Assembly: GCA_965153285.1 (NCBI GenBank)
Contig: OZ229111.1
DNA length: 64,000 bases
Source: Podarcis tiliguerta
Lineage: Eukaryota
Reading direction: 5' to 3' (one strand)
Positions 12,417 through 25,188 of this stretch are shown here, in pieces (positions within the stretch are counted from its first letter, which is position 1; every line of letters begins with the position of its first letter). A program made the translations under genes and the position numbers. The notes under the pieces are model-generated. The model was not told where the DNA came from. It saw only the letters and a program-made list of their open reading frames with translations, and searched no databases.

Positions 12417-13217
12417 ATCTGTAGCTAGCTGTTCCCTTACCATCTCTTCTTCTATCCAAAGCACTGCTTGTGCAGTTGGTCTTTCTCCCACTCTGTGTTC
12501 CCCCTAACTTTGTTCTAGGAGTTCCCCTCAATCCTATGGAGCACATTTGGGGAGAGTGTGCATGGGGGTGGGGGCTTGTATTTCACAAGTGGAAATGCTT
12601 GCGCTGATGAGATGTTTTAGCCTGATAGCACCCAAAGATATGATGTGCAAGACTCTGTGGGTTAGGATTCTGCCTGCCCTAGAAATCTAGTTTATGGCAA
12701 AATAGTCCCTTCTTGGATAACAAGTTAATAATTTGCTACTGTACTGCATTTTAAAGACCTTTTGCTTTCTGCATCTTTGTAGAGAACCAGGTGATTGGGA
12801 AACTACAAGGGTAACAACCACAAAAGTTAATGGCAAGAGGAGGGGGCTAAATTTGATGTGTCAAAATGCAACTAGGAATGAGCTGAATAGTATTCCTTTT
12901 CTCTGAGGCTAATGTCAGAGGAGAGCAGACAGGAGAGACAATTGCAGATAGCAGCAAAGCTAGAAGAAATAGCAGTTAGGTCTCATATGAAAATGAAACA
13001 CAGATTAAAGTTTATAAGCACAGATAGCAACCCAGTCTACAGATGAAATGGAGGTAGTATTAGCATAGATATGGATTACCCCAGTCACATTAAGCCACAG
13101 ATGCAAATCCAAAGGAAGATTATAGCTATTGTTCAGCTGCCTCAAATAATCCCCTACCAACATAAACAAAGCGTTGGTTACCAGATAATGTACTGGAGTT
13201 TGCACCAGTGGATTTAC

Positions 13218-13266
13218 CTGAGTTGGAGTCTTGCTGTTTTTCTCTTGTTCGTCTTTTCTTTTTCCC
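13218..13266 (-). CDS. TCF7: TCF7 basic tail / NLS exon, 49 nt
   Basis: Long pyrimidine tract ending attctag, donor GTAAAT. Encodes GKKKRRTREKQQDSNS plus 1 nt. Confidence 0.96.
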
Positions 13267-14022
13267 CTAGAATCAAAGAGAGAAAGAAAAGGGAGGGGGG
13301 AGAACACAAATAATAAGTGAACAAATACAGGCATATCTTTCCAGAGGGAATAAGGGGGTTGTGGCCAAGGCTCCTACTTTCATCCCTTCCAAACTGCCTG
13401 CTTCATTTCTGATCACCATGGATTCTTGCTAATCTAGACCCCTTGTATGGTGTGCAATTGGCAATTGCAGGTAGCACCCTCCCCCTAGTGGTCAAAATAT
13501 GCTCTACAGGCAGTCAGGGACATGTTGTTTAAAAGGTACATCATTTTTACACAAATGCTTCTTCACACTGAAAGAAAACCACAAATGAGATGGATCCACC
13601 TATTGCTTTGAATTCTTAATTCAGAAGTAACCCCTCATTAACTCATACTGCAGCATTCTGCCCAGCTGGCTGAGAGTGGCACCAGCTTGGTAGAGCTTTT
13701 GACAGTCTGCCATTTCCAGACCTACATCTTGCAAGCAACAGTTTAGCTGATTTGGGAGAGGAGCCCCTGGGACCCATAGATGTAAAAGAAGGAAAAGCTA
13801 CGATTACAGTTAAAAGCAAGAAACCTCTCTCTCTCTGTGTACACATACATACATACATACATACACCCACCCTTCCCAACAGTTAGTATTGGATGTTACT
13901 TGGGAACTCTTCCCCCCCCCCCCCAAGACTGGTTAGCTATTTATTATGGCTACTTTTTACATGTGCAATTCATGTGCTTTATGCTGTGGCTGAAATTAAC
14001 ATATGCTAAAGGCAGATTTGTA

Positions 14023-14379
14023 GGGACGCGGGTGGCGCTGTGGGTAAAACCTCAGCGCCTAGGACTTGCCGATCGTCAGGTCGGCGGTTCGAATCCCCGC
14101 GGCAGGGTGCGCTCCCGTTGCTCGGTCCCAGCGTCTGCCAACCTAGCAGTTCGAAAGCACCCCCGGGTGCAAGTAGATAAATAGGGACCGCTTACTAGCG
14201 GGAAGGTAAATGGCGTTTCCGTGTGCTGCGCTGGCTCGCCAGATGCAGCTTGTCACGCTGGCCATGTGACCCGGAAGTGTCTTCGGACAGCGCTGGCCCC
14301 CGGCCTCTTAAGTGAGATGGGCGCGCAACCCCAGAGTCGGACACGACTGGCCCGTACGGGCAGGGGTACCTTTACCTTA
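14023..14379 (+). mobile_element. Full-length Sauria SINE
   Basis: tRNA-like head with A box (tggcgctgtgg) and B box (ggttcgaatcc), BovB-type 3' motif gagtcggacacgact, and acctttacctt tail. Flanking direct repeat taaaggcagatt at 14007-14018 and 14380-14391. CpG-rich. Confidence 0.92.
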
Positions 14380-16054
14380 TAAAGGCAGATTGCAAATATA
14401 AAAAGAGGTCAAAATAAAGAGCATGGGGAGGCTAGGGACCCTCCTCATAAATGGCACTGCCCCACCATACTGGTAGTTTATTCATTAAATTTTTATGCCA
14501 TCCTTTACAGTACACACACACACACACAAATCCCAAACTGCACTCTTGTTCATTGTCTCTGATAAAATACTTCTCTCAGATATTATGGTCCCTGACCATA
14601 GCTGGAACAAATTGGTATGAATCCAGTCCCCTTTTCATGCCTACCTGCACATAGATTGTCTCTGGCTTACATTTTGAAATACCGGAAAGACTGCCACTCT
14701 TCCCCACAGCTAAGATATATTGAGCTCATAGATGAGGATTGTGCCACAGTCTTTCCTGTGTCCCAAAGTGTCAGAAAAAAGTGTGCTGCCACCACGGTGC
14801 AATGACCTGGGTTAAGGAGCAAACCTAACTTTCTTTATGCACACACACCAGCCATCTGAACAAAGACCAGCTGCATTCTGTGCATACATGAAGGAATGTA
14901 TTTCCAGCAAAAGGTTGCTGTGCATGGGTGGAATAAAGTGGACAGTGATCTCATTTTCAGCAGGCTTGCAGCCTGCACACAGTTACTTTCTCAATGAAAA
15001 GGGTCTCTCTTTAAAATGTCTTTTAAGCGGGGGGAGAAATTGGACTGTATTTCAGGAACAGCACATGGAACATCATAGTTAAAAATGAGTTTGGTCCCCA
15101 AAGCAACTTTCCTTGAATGAAGAATAATGTCAAAGTAACTATTACAAGTAAAAGTGAGATAAACCTAAGGTCTGTTTTTCGTTATTCACATCTTTCTTGC
15201 ACCAGCATTTCTGATGTCTTCATGCTAGCCTCAGATTTTTCTTGGGTACAGAAACTGCACTCACTAGCAGCTTGAAAAGTGCATAGTATTTGCAAGCTTG
15301 GGCAGCCCAGTCCCAGCCCTATTTCATTCAGAAGGAAGTCCCACAAGAGGACACACTCGCTGTTGTAAACATGTTGAGGACTGCAGCTTTTTTGTTTTCA
15401 CTTCCAGAGACGAGATTGCAAACATGGAGCACAACAAAGCCTTTTCCATTTTAAGTTCAAACAGTGTTTAAACATGTTTGTCATTAGCGAGGCACAAAAA
15501 CCGCTTCGCTGATGAAAGCAGGCAAAATCAAACCAGATTGTCTTTCCTTACACTCCTCTCCACATAGTATTGATTTTGCTTGCATTGGGAGGCCTACATT
15601 ATTACGCAGCTGCCCAACACTACAATTAAAACATAATGCTGGTGGCAGTTACTGTCTTACAAGCTCTGTGCCAGTGTCGGCTGTAAGATGGAAACATGTT
15701 TTAAATCCATGTGTATGGTTTTGAGAAACTGTCTTGAGTTGCCACATACAGTTTTTGGACTGCCTCTCCAATGCTGAAAAATCAACTCCAACATTCTAAG
15801 ACAGCTAGTGGTGGTATCCTTATGGACATTTCCCATTGGAATGGCCGTGGGGTTTTGCATATCTGAATGCTTCCCTTCATCAAATGTTGCGGCACATGGA
15901 AAGCTAGCATGACAAGGAACAAGGTTCTAGCCAAGTGTTCTCTCTGATCTACGAGCTTTCTTCTTGCATTTGATTTTTTATGTGCTCCTCCACTGGCCTC
16001 GAGTTCTAAAGACGGTACGGCACATTGTGCTCTAACCTGAAAGCCCAACAGCTG

Positions 16055-16340
16055 CTTCTCCTCTCCGCAAACTGAGCTAGAGGGCACCATTTGCAACAGA
16101 GGAGCTTTGGGCAGGAGAAGAGCACTTCACCCTTTCCTTCCTTGCCAGCTATCTTCTTCAGCTGCCCCTTAGCTGCAGCTGCTTTCTCCCATTTCTGTTT
16201 GCAGCAGAAACACTGGACAGGGCAAAAGCAGCTTGCTGAGTTGCAGAGGAAAACAGACTAGTGGAAAGTTAAACACCTTCCTCCTTCCAGAGCTTCTCTG
16301 TTGCAAATTGCGCCCCTCATTCTTTGCGCAGGAGAAGCGG
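16055..16340. mobile_element. Old hairpin-like (inverted repeat) element
   Basis: gcaccatttgcaacagaggagctttgg (about 16084) is an imperfect inverted repeat of ccagagcttctctgttgcaaattgcgc (about 16288). Confidence 0.5.
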
Positions 16341-19300
16341 AAGATAAAAAGCCAAGTCAGAGCTTGATGTCCTGCACCAAATAACAGGCTTAAGGAGGCC
16401 TTGACTGTTGGCTGCAGTCAAGGAAGACGGCACATCGAGCTATTTCTCCTGTGGGAGCATAGGAAGCTGCCTTATACAGTACTGAGTCAGACTGTCTGCA
16501 CTGACTCAGCAGCTCTGCAGGATTTGAGACAGGAGGTCTCTCCCAGCCCTACCTAGAGTTGCCAGGGATTGAATCAAAGAAGGTGCTCTGCCACTGAGCT
16601 ACGACCCTTCCCCTAAGAAAAGCTCAGGTCCTCCTGCCACCAGTTACCAAGGAGAACCAAAAGCCAGATTTCTAGCTGCTTTACCAGCTGCTTCCACTAG
16701 AAAGCATCAATTACCAGTAGGCGAGAGGGGAACCAGTACCAGCCTCTCCCATTAGCCTTTTTGGATTAACACAACAATTGCTCTCTTTACTATTGCTCTC
16801 CCTGGGGATAGGGTGAGCTACAAAACATGCACGACTCTGACAGCCTGAATAAGTTACTAGGATGGAGGAAGGCAGAAGACCTATGGATAGACTTCTGGAG
16901 AGCCCCTTAAGGCTTCCTCCCTTTCAGTTTGGCTGAGGCAAAAAGCCAAGGTGGCTTATCCATGCACACGCCGCGTAGGAATGGAATTCAGTTAAGGAAG
17001 GGGGTTAGAATGCATGGGCTGTCACCTTAGCGCACAAGCTGACTAGCAAAAGCCACAGGTAAGACAAAATCCTGGTATGGACAGTAGTATCTTAAGAGAG
17101 GCAATATGTATGTGCAAGGCACACAAACCCTCACAACCCATGATCATTACCAGATGCTGGGGACAAACAAGGGGACGGGCACTACCTTCATGCCTTGCTT
17201 GTGGGTTTCCTGGAAGGCTCTGTCTGCTGGACCAGATGGACCTTTGTTGGTTGGATCCAGAAAGAGCAACCCCATTGTTATTAAAAAAATATATTTGTGC
17301 GATGACACATCAAATCAGTAGAGTCTGCATTCTTTCCTTGTGGGATGCAAACAACCCATCCTTTGTCTACTTTGCTACATCCGATTCAAATTTAAATAAA
17401 ATAATGTCCACAGCATTTGCAGCTCAGAAGGCTGATGGTGTTCAAAATGAAATTGCCACTCCAAAAAAAAAAAAAAAATGTATTTCTTGGTGGTCACCTT
17501 TGACCATGTGCAAGGCCAATGTGTTCCAGGTCATGGATGCATTGTTTTTACTGCTTTTAAAGGAAAGCCACACTGTCCAACCTGCAAACCCTCAATTTAT
17601 TTGTTCAGTTCTGTGCAAGGGTTTCCCCGAAACCATGCTCCCAAGGGCAATGGTTTTGTTTTTGAAGCTGATGAGACATTAACGACCTATTTGCCTAAAA
17701 AAAGGAAAGTGCTGTCATGAAGCGTCCACTCGCTTCACTGATGCACAAGCTCGCCACAAGCACACATAGCCCACTGATTGTTTCCCTTCAACTCAACAAA
17801 TTCCACAGCCAATGAGCAATTCTATGGCCATGGAAAAGCTCAGGGCTCCTGGAATTCTGCAGCCAACGCTGGGTTAGGTGGATGCATGAGTGGCAGATGG
17901 TTACAGACTCTCACTGCCGTAATGCAGAAGGACATTCGCTGCAGAATTCGCTTACCCTTGCCGCAGAAACCGGCCCCGAGGTGCTGCTGAATTCCAGGGG
18001 CCCTGAGTTAAACTTTGTGTGATCACGGGACGAAGAGCCTGAAGAAGACTGAAGAGCAAGGGGGAAAGCGTTAAAAGAGCAGCTGCGGGGAGCACTGAAA
18101 CAATGCACCAAATACGTACACAAAGCACATCAGGAAGCAGATAGAAAAACAACCTAGCAGAGAGCCTATACAGAGAACAGCGCCCCAACCCGGCTAATTA
18201 AAACAAGCCATTTGTGCAGCTGAAAAGGAACCTTGGAAACTAAAAGCGCCTCGAGTCACAAAATGGCAGATGAATTTTGAAGGCCTTGGAGGGAAGAAGC
18301 AGACATACATTTATTTTCTTTTTTTAACCATTGGGTATTTACTATTTTGGGTCACATCTGTTCTGAAAAATAGTAACAGTACTATGGGTTTACAGACAGA
18401 ATAGTTGTAGCCAGCTAGCAGGTCATCCCTGCTTAGTCTTCACACACCATGAAGCGCCTCTTGAAAATCCTGCAGATACTTAGGAGGGGCCAAAACACAC
18501 GCCAAACCTCAAGTGGGCCACATCCAACGGTGCATTTCTGGAAAGGGCTTTTGATCCAGCAGAAGCTTTTGCTAATGGAAAAGTAGAATTTTTGCTGATC
18601 TCCCCTGCAGCCTCCTTAATGTCGCTCCCTGCCCCCATCCTAGAAGGAGGTGAAGGAGGCATCAACACACTATGGCCTCATCCACACTCCCACTTGTCCC
18701 ATGCCTAGAAAGCACAGGTTGGAGCGGTTTCCCCCTTGCCCCACTCCTTTCCTAGGGGAAACCTGCTCTTTATATTTAAATTGGATCAAGTGTGGCCATG
18801 CACAGCTGCAGTTCACGTGCAGGATTTCCCTGTGGATTGTGAATCCATGTTGATTCCCCCACCCTCTGCTGTGCTTGGCACATTTTCCATCAGGTTGTTT
18901 TATCTCCAGAGGACTTGGAAAGTCTTCTGCTGACCAACCCTTTTAGTGAACATGATAGAAAGAGTACTGGGAAATGATGCCCTTATATTTGTTCTTAATA
19001 AAACACTACATTTTGGGACTTTAATATTTCTTTACTTAAAAACAAAAAAACAGCAACACAAAGCAGCAGCCTAACAGAAATAAGATGCGTCAATGGAGAG
19101 CTATTAGGAAAGGGTATTAGAAAAGTAGCCATAGCAACACAAGAGCAAGAGACCACACATTAATTAAGGAAGCCTTTTTGCAAAAGACTTAAGACATCCA
19201 CGCTGGCGTTTTCAGTGAGCGGAATCCAACGTCGCATGAGCAGATGTCTGCTAATGCCGCTGAACTTTGTCTTCCTCTCTTCCCCCCTGCAGCCCCCTAT

Positions 19301-22017
19301 GAACCCTCAAAATCTGGCTGGAACATCCCCATGGGTTACAGAACCAATTTGAGGGTGTGTAGAGAGCTGCAGGGGGAAGGAAATGAAGGTGAAGTCTCAT
19401 CACACATGCAGAAGTCTGTTCAACATGCACATGGACAGAGTTAGATGCAACCACACTATTTCACCCCTATGTCCAGGGGTGCCAACTTGAATAAAATACA
19501 TGGGAAGAACAGGTAAGTGTTTGCCTTTGACCGATTAATATTCTACAGCCTTTAAAATGTACCTGTGGGAAGTGGGGGTTAATAATTTGCTGTTTTGTTT
19601 TACTTATTTACTTGCTTTTTATCATGTATTTTATTCTGTGAACTGCCCTGAGATCTTATGATGAAAGGCAGTATATAAATCAAATCAAATCAAATCAATC
19701 AATCAATCAATCAATCACATGATGCAGTGCACGCACACTACTTGAATGGCAATGTCCATCAACTTGGGGGCAAATAGTTGGCTCCTTTGCACGTATCTGT
19801 TGTTTTCCTTATTAAAGAAATGCCACTCAGTCCTTTCATTGGTTCATTCACGGAATATGTGTCATCCTTTGCTTTCTCATGAGTTGCCATCACAAGCTTC
19901 GTGAACAAAGCTGGCTTGGGAGTCATAGCTGCTGGTGGGGTTGCTGTTTTAGACCTGCAAACGTTTAAATGCAACTCCTTGTACTCTGCGTAAAGGTAGA
20001 AAAGCTCCTAAGTGTGGGAGTGAATTTCATTTCCTGCCTGACAAGTCATATGACAGCAAGCTGACCTAAATTCTTCCTTCTCCTCCTCCTCCCTTCAGGG
20101 ATAGAGCTTAACAGTCAGTGTGGGCAGGGTGGCAGAGAGATTCCCAAAGCAGCTGCTTCTTGGCTTCCAGCATATCACAATAAGCACATTTGGGCCTGGG
20201 CCTAGTCTACTACTAAGCCTTCCCATGGACTGTTCATTTCACAGGGGAGGGAAACATGCAGTGCCCAGAAGTCAGGCAGTCACTTTCACGAACTGACTTC
20301 CTTATATTCAGGCAGCCCACATCACTGGTCTTGTTGCTCCGAGGCAGAAAACTCAGTCCTTCCAGGTTAAATACTGTAACTGGGGGGCCCCCAACCTTGT
20401 TATGGCTGTGGATTCTCCAATATATGTTTGAGAAATTGCCATGGGTGCCATCACAAAACGGGCATTCGCTGATGTTTTGCCGCTGCAACAAAGCAGCTCC
20501 CCAAAGCCACAGAAGATGAAGTGGCGAGTCTCAGCAACAAAGTAACTTGCTCAAGAAACCTGAGTACAAGGTGGCAATCCTATGCATGCATACAGGGGAG
20601 TAAATTCCATTGAATTTTGTCCCCTTTGTCCCACATTTCACTCTGTAGTCTTTCCCAACTCTGCTAGCTGAGAAGCTTCAATTGAACATATCTAGAGTTG
20701 GACCTGAAAGTTCTCCCATGCAAAAGTTCTTGCATGTGGCCACTTGACCTATGGGCCCCGCCAGATATCCTTTTAATTGCACATTCATGTTGGGGTGGCC
20801 ATACGCAAACGTCTGCAAAAGTTCTGGGGGAGTAATATTATGTTGGAAGCCACACAGAGTAGCTCGGGCAACCCAATCAGATGGATGGGGTATAAAAAAT
20901 TAACAACAACAACAATAATGATGATGATGCTTCATTTTCAATCAGTGCATATCCTGTAACTTCCTGCTGAAATCAAATAACTTTCCATAGCATGAATATT
21001 CTGGGTTTCTTTTTTTTAATCCCACTTTTGCTGCACTGTATACGGTCCCTTCCAGACAGCAATAATGGGACGGAATTGCAGAACAAGGAAAGCATAATAA
21101 ATCTACTGTAATCAACACATAGAATAATATACCCGAAATATAACACCAGTCTAGAGGATCTCTTTGATCACCTCTCCTCTTATCCCTGGGATGAGGATTT
21201 GGGATCCCAAGCAATACACCACTACTTCACGGGCATTTGCAGGTGAACACTTAAAGGGTAATATGTTGGCCAAACTAGATGATACAAGGTAGATGTGTAA
21301 ACAGTCTCTCAAAAATGAAAAGCAAACAGGTGAAGCTGAGCAGAGGGCCATCTATTACCTGCAAACAGGCTCCCTCCAGTGGCAAAAAAAATAAAAACAA
21401 CAGAGAATGGGGCCAGGTTGTTGCCCAACGCTTACTCTCTGCCAGTTCCCAGAGCAGGCTATTTATAAATGAGTCTAAATAGGGAATGGTGAAAAAGTTG
21501 AAAGGAAACATCCTAGAAGAAAACCATCTGGCTAAAACACTTGAGGAAACGATATGCAAAATCCTCATTTTACATTTAGCTGGATGATTCCAGGCTAAGA
21601 TAGTTGCATATCTGCATGGAGGAAAAGATTTGAGTTCAGAAATTCTGGGGGACCCTGAGCAGATCTCTGGGTGATTTGCAATCACTGGAGCAAAGATTTC
21701 TGACTCTCAATTATTTAACAGCAACCTGACTTTTGCCACCTAAACCCGGCTGCTGAAGTAAAGGAAGCTAACCGTGTGGGTGGACTTCTCCGCAAAAGGG
21801 AATGTGAACTTGGTTCAGTTCTGGCACTGAAAACAAATTCCTAGGCTCAGAAAGTGCTCAGAAGTACCCTGTTCTTTAAGGCCAACTATATGTTTCTTGC
21901 ACAGTAGCCTCCAAGCACCAGAGATCTTCCTACTCTTGCTCTAGGCTCACATGCTGTGAAACTACCACCCATGTTGGCATGCACCTGATAGGAAGAGAAT
22001 GATGCACAGGAGCCGAA

Positions 22018-22181
22018 GGGCCATAGCTCCGTGGTAGAGCATCTGCTTGCATGCAGGTCTCTGGTTTGGTTCCCAGCACCCCCAGGTAGACCTTGGAGAG
22101 ACCCCTCCTCGCCTGTTGGTGTAGGCAATACTGAGCAAGCTGGACCAGTGGTCCGACTTGGAATAAGACAGCCGCCTATGT
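22018..22181 (+). mobile_element. Old tRNA-derived SINE
   Basis: Head gggccatagctccgtggtagagcatctgcttgcatgc. Related reverse-oriented copies at about 16458-16612, 30148-30262, 51825-51940 and 54050-54185. Confidence 0.65.
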
Positions 22182-22371
22182 AAATTTGGTGATATGCTGC
22201 GCTTGTGCAGGAAGTTGGGATGTAGAACTACCTGACAATGGAGCACAAACTGTGTTTGCGGAGTGCTGAGTCTACAGGGAAGATGCATGCACACAGCCCT
22301 GCCCAGCCAACTACAGACTTTTAAACACTGCAGCTGCACTCTGGGGTGGAAAGGCAGCTCACAGAGTTGGC

Positions 22372-22406
<35 letters not shown>

Positions 22407-22806
22407 TGATTTATTTATACCCCGCCCATCTGGCTAGGCCTCCTCAGCCGCTCTGGGCAGCTCCCAACAGAATATTATTATTATTAGTAATAATAAAAAG
22501 TGGTAAAACATCAAACATTAAAAACTTCCCTAAATGTATACAGGGCTCATTGATGGGCACATGCCCCATAATTGCATGTTCATGTGTATTAACAAGTCCC
22601 GAGGAGGGTGTGGGAAGCCCTCTCTTAAAAAATTGCCAGGCATGCATCAACGAAAACAGCTTGGATGAACCTCTTTTAATGAGATATAAGCTCTCACATA
22701 TGTTGTGGTTTTTTTTGTGGGGGGGGGGCAGACAGGAAGTACAGTTGCAAACTGCAACTTCCTTTCCCAGTTGTCTCTCAAATTTAAAGCAAAGAATTGC
22801 TGGCCT

Positions 22807-23025
22807 GAGGCAGAGTGGTGTAGTGGTTAGAGTGTCGAGTTCATTACCCAAGGGACCAGGGTTCAAATCTCCATCTTCTGCCACAAAACTCATTGGGTGT
22901 GAAGTTGGGCCAGTCGCCATCTCCTAGCCCAAAGTACCTCAAAGGGTTGTTGTGAGGGTAATATGGAAATGGAGAGCCACGTATGAATTCCTTGGAGGAG
23001 AGGTGGGATACAAATCTGATAAATA
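22807..23025 (+). mobile_element. Diverged tRNA-derived (CORE/Squam3-like) SINE
   Basis: gtggtgtagtggttagag A box, gggttcaaatctc B box, agggttgttgtgagg core-like block. Confidence 0.65.
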
Positions 23026-24309
23026 TGTGATAGAATGAAGGCAAATCAATGAACTGTAGAGTTCAAAGAAGCTTGGATGATGCTGGGTTCACTCAGACAG
23101 CCTCCTAAACCCCCAAGATCTTTGGCACACATTTCAGAAAGGGAAGGGAACTATCAAATTTGAAGCATTTGCTTCAGTTCAGCTATCAGCTGACATTTGG
23201 GCAGTATTTGCTTTCTTTAAATCCTGGGCTTTTGTCACCTTCCATGGATGAGATCAGAAGAGGCAATGGAAGCAAACAGGACCTAGCAATGTGAATCTGG
23301 CAAATGCAAGATGCAGAGTCAGCATGAGCCAAAAGCAAACGCGGCACATGATGTTGGGGCAAGCCGTGATCAAGATGGATTGAGCAATATTAATCTCTCG
23401 CTAGGTAAGTGTATGATCATGTCAAACAAAAGTTAAGTATGACATATCACCCAAGAGAGAATACGTGTTTATTTGCATTGATATAATTAAGAGCTCTAAG
23501 ACAAATATGGGTGTGGTTATTATTATTAGCTGCGAGTCTCTTCTCTCTGTGCATTTTAATTTCTCTTGAGGGCCTTTTTTCTGATGACCATAAATCTAGT
23601 GCAGGCTCATATAAATTAAAAAGAAACCACTGCTTATTACCTCACAGCTTTCCTGCCTATTTCGCACTGTGAGCACCTGGAGACAGACGATAGGAAAGTG
23701 GGTATTACCATGAACTTCTAAACAGGGAGTGCAAACCCTCAAACTAAAGTGTCTCCACAGTGTAAACAGATAAATTACTAGTTATGAAACAGACCCTTAA
23801 TATGCTAAGTTTCAATCAAACAAGAAACTGAATATATTGGAGTCACACCTCATTAGCAGTTGTTGCATTTTGATTCCTTCGGCCAGCTCCAGATGTTGGG
23901 CATTTGCCAGGGGCTCAAGCCCAACGGGGAGGAGGCCACTGCCCAGACAGTATGACCTTTCCCACTTTGCAAAGAGTATCCAAAAAGATCTGATGCAGCA
24001 TTAAGAGAATTCTCAGTTTTTATGTGCTGCCTCTTCAGGGTTTAGGCGGCTTACTGATGGCTGCATGGCTCAGGGCCCTCATATCCTGAAACCAACACTA
24101 TTTAATATGATGATAATAATATAAACCATATTTTCCCACTACTATCTTGCCTACTACAATTTAAAGAAGGGCAAAAAGTGGAGGGGGAGAAAGAGATCAG
24201 AGGTTAATAGTTTAGGAGAAACACGTTTTTGGATGTTGTGTTTAGCTAGCAAGGAGGGAGGCATACAGAGCACAAGGGCCTCTGGGATCCATAGAAAGAG
24301 GGGAAGCAA

Positions 24310-24525
24310 AGAAGAAGAAGAAAAGAAGAGTTTGGACTTGAGCGGCTAACAATCTCCTTTCCCTTCCTCCCCCACAACAAACACTCTGTGAGGTGAGTGG
24401 GGCTGAGAGACTTCAAAGAAGTGTGACTAGCCCAAGGTCACCCAGCAGCTGCATGTGGAGGAGCGGAGACGCGAACCCGGTTCACCAGATTACGAGTCCA
24501 CTGCTCTTAACCACTACACCACACA
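24310..24525 (-). mobile_element. Squam3-like tRNA SINE, internally deleted copy
   Basis: Highly similar to 31433-31675, with a (TTC)n tail on the minus strand. Confidence 0.8.
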
Positions 24526-24857
24526 GGCGCAGGAAAGATGGAGGCAGAAGCACAGGGTTGGGGAAGCTGATGCCCTCTAGATATGGTTGGACTCCCAACT
24601 GCCACCAGGCATTCTTATTTCTCCCCTTCCAATATACATAGATACCCACAGCCACTCTCTATGTAGATATTAATATCAGGTATACATAACTTTATCTGGA
24701 TTGCACTCTACTACATCTGGGCTAAAAAGAGCTGTTGAATAACAGCTACAGCAGGGCAATGTTCAATCTGCTGGAAATATTGTGATGTATGATAGTTTAT
24801 TAAATTAACCCCCTAAACCCAGTAGTTTCAGAAGAGTTTACTGCAGGGACCCTCCAG

Positions 24858-25188
24858 CAGTGACAGAACTACATTTTGGGGGCCCCGAACCTTGAACTGT
24901 CATGGGGGGCCCTTTACCACCAGCAACAATGCCTGAGTAAGTTCTGTTATCATCTTCAATGGGGTTGTTCCGTGACAGATCACCACACCTTTATAACACC
25001 TGCGCTACTGACTCTCAAACTTTTGGATTGTTGAAATACAGACAATAAAATAACAATTTGAGTCACGCCACTCAAATTGGGTCTACTAGACCCAAAAATC
25101 AATGTGGACTCAAGTTGCTTCTGGGCCCCCTCCAGGATTAGGGCCCTGGAGCCTAAGCTTCATTTGTTTCATAGTAGATCCACTCCTG
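24858..25188. mobile_element. Non-autonomous hAT element
   Basis: Perfect 8-bp TSD ccctccag (24850-24857, 25189-25196), imperfect CAG...CTG TIRs, subterminal gggccc motifs. Confidence 0.75.

Noticed and set aside
14023-14100. tRNA gene (also the heads at 22018, 22807 and 31600-31675)
   Set aside because: The A/B boxes belong to SINE heads followed by SINE bodies and tails; no complete cloverleaf.
17077-17682. Longest ORF in the track (201 aa, +)
   Set aside because: No recognisable domain, runs through a poly-A tract, and is antisense within an intron; likely chance.
18480-18604. Peptide GEISKNSTFPLAKASAG loosely resembling the LEF1 N-tail
   Set aside because: No pyrimidine tract before the AG, and it lies upstream of the basic-tail exon. 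The true equivalent tail is at 9113-9192.
22346-22927. 193-aa ORF with poly-Asn
   Set aside because: Built from an (AAT)n microsatellite, a retroelement tail and a SINE.
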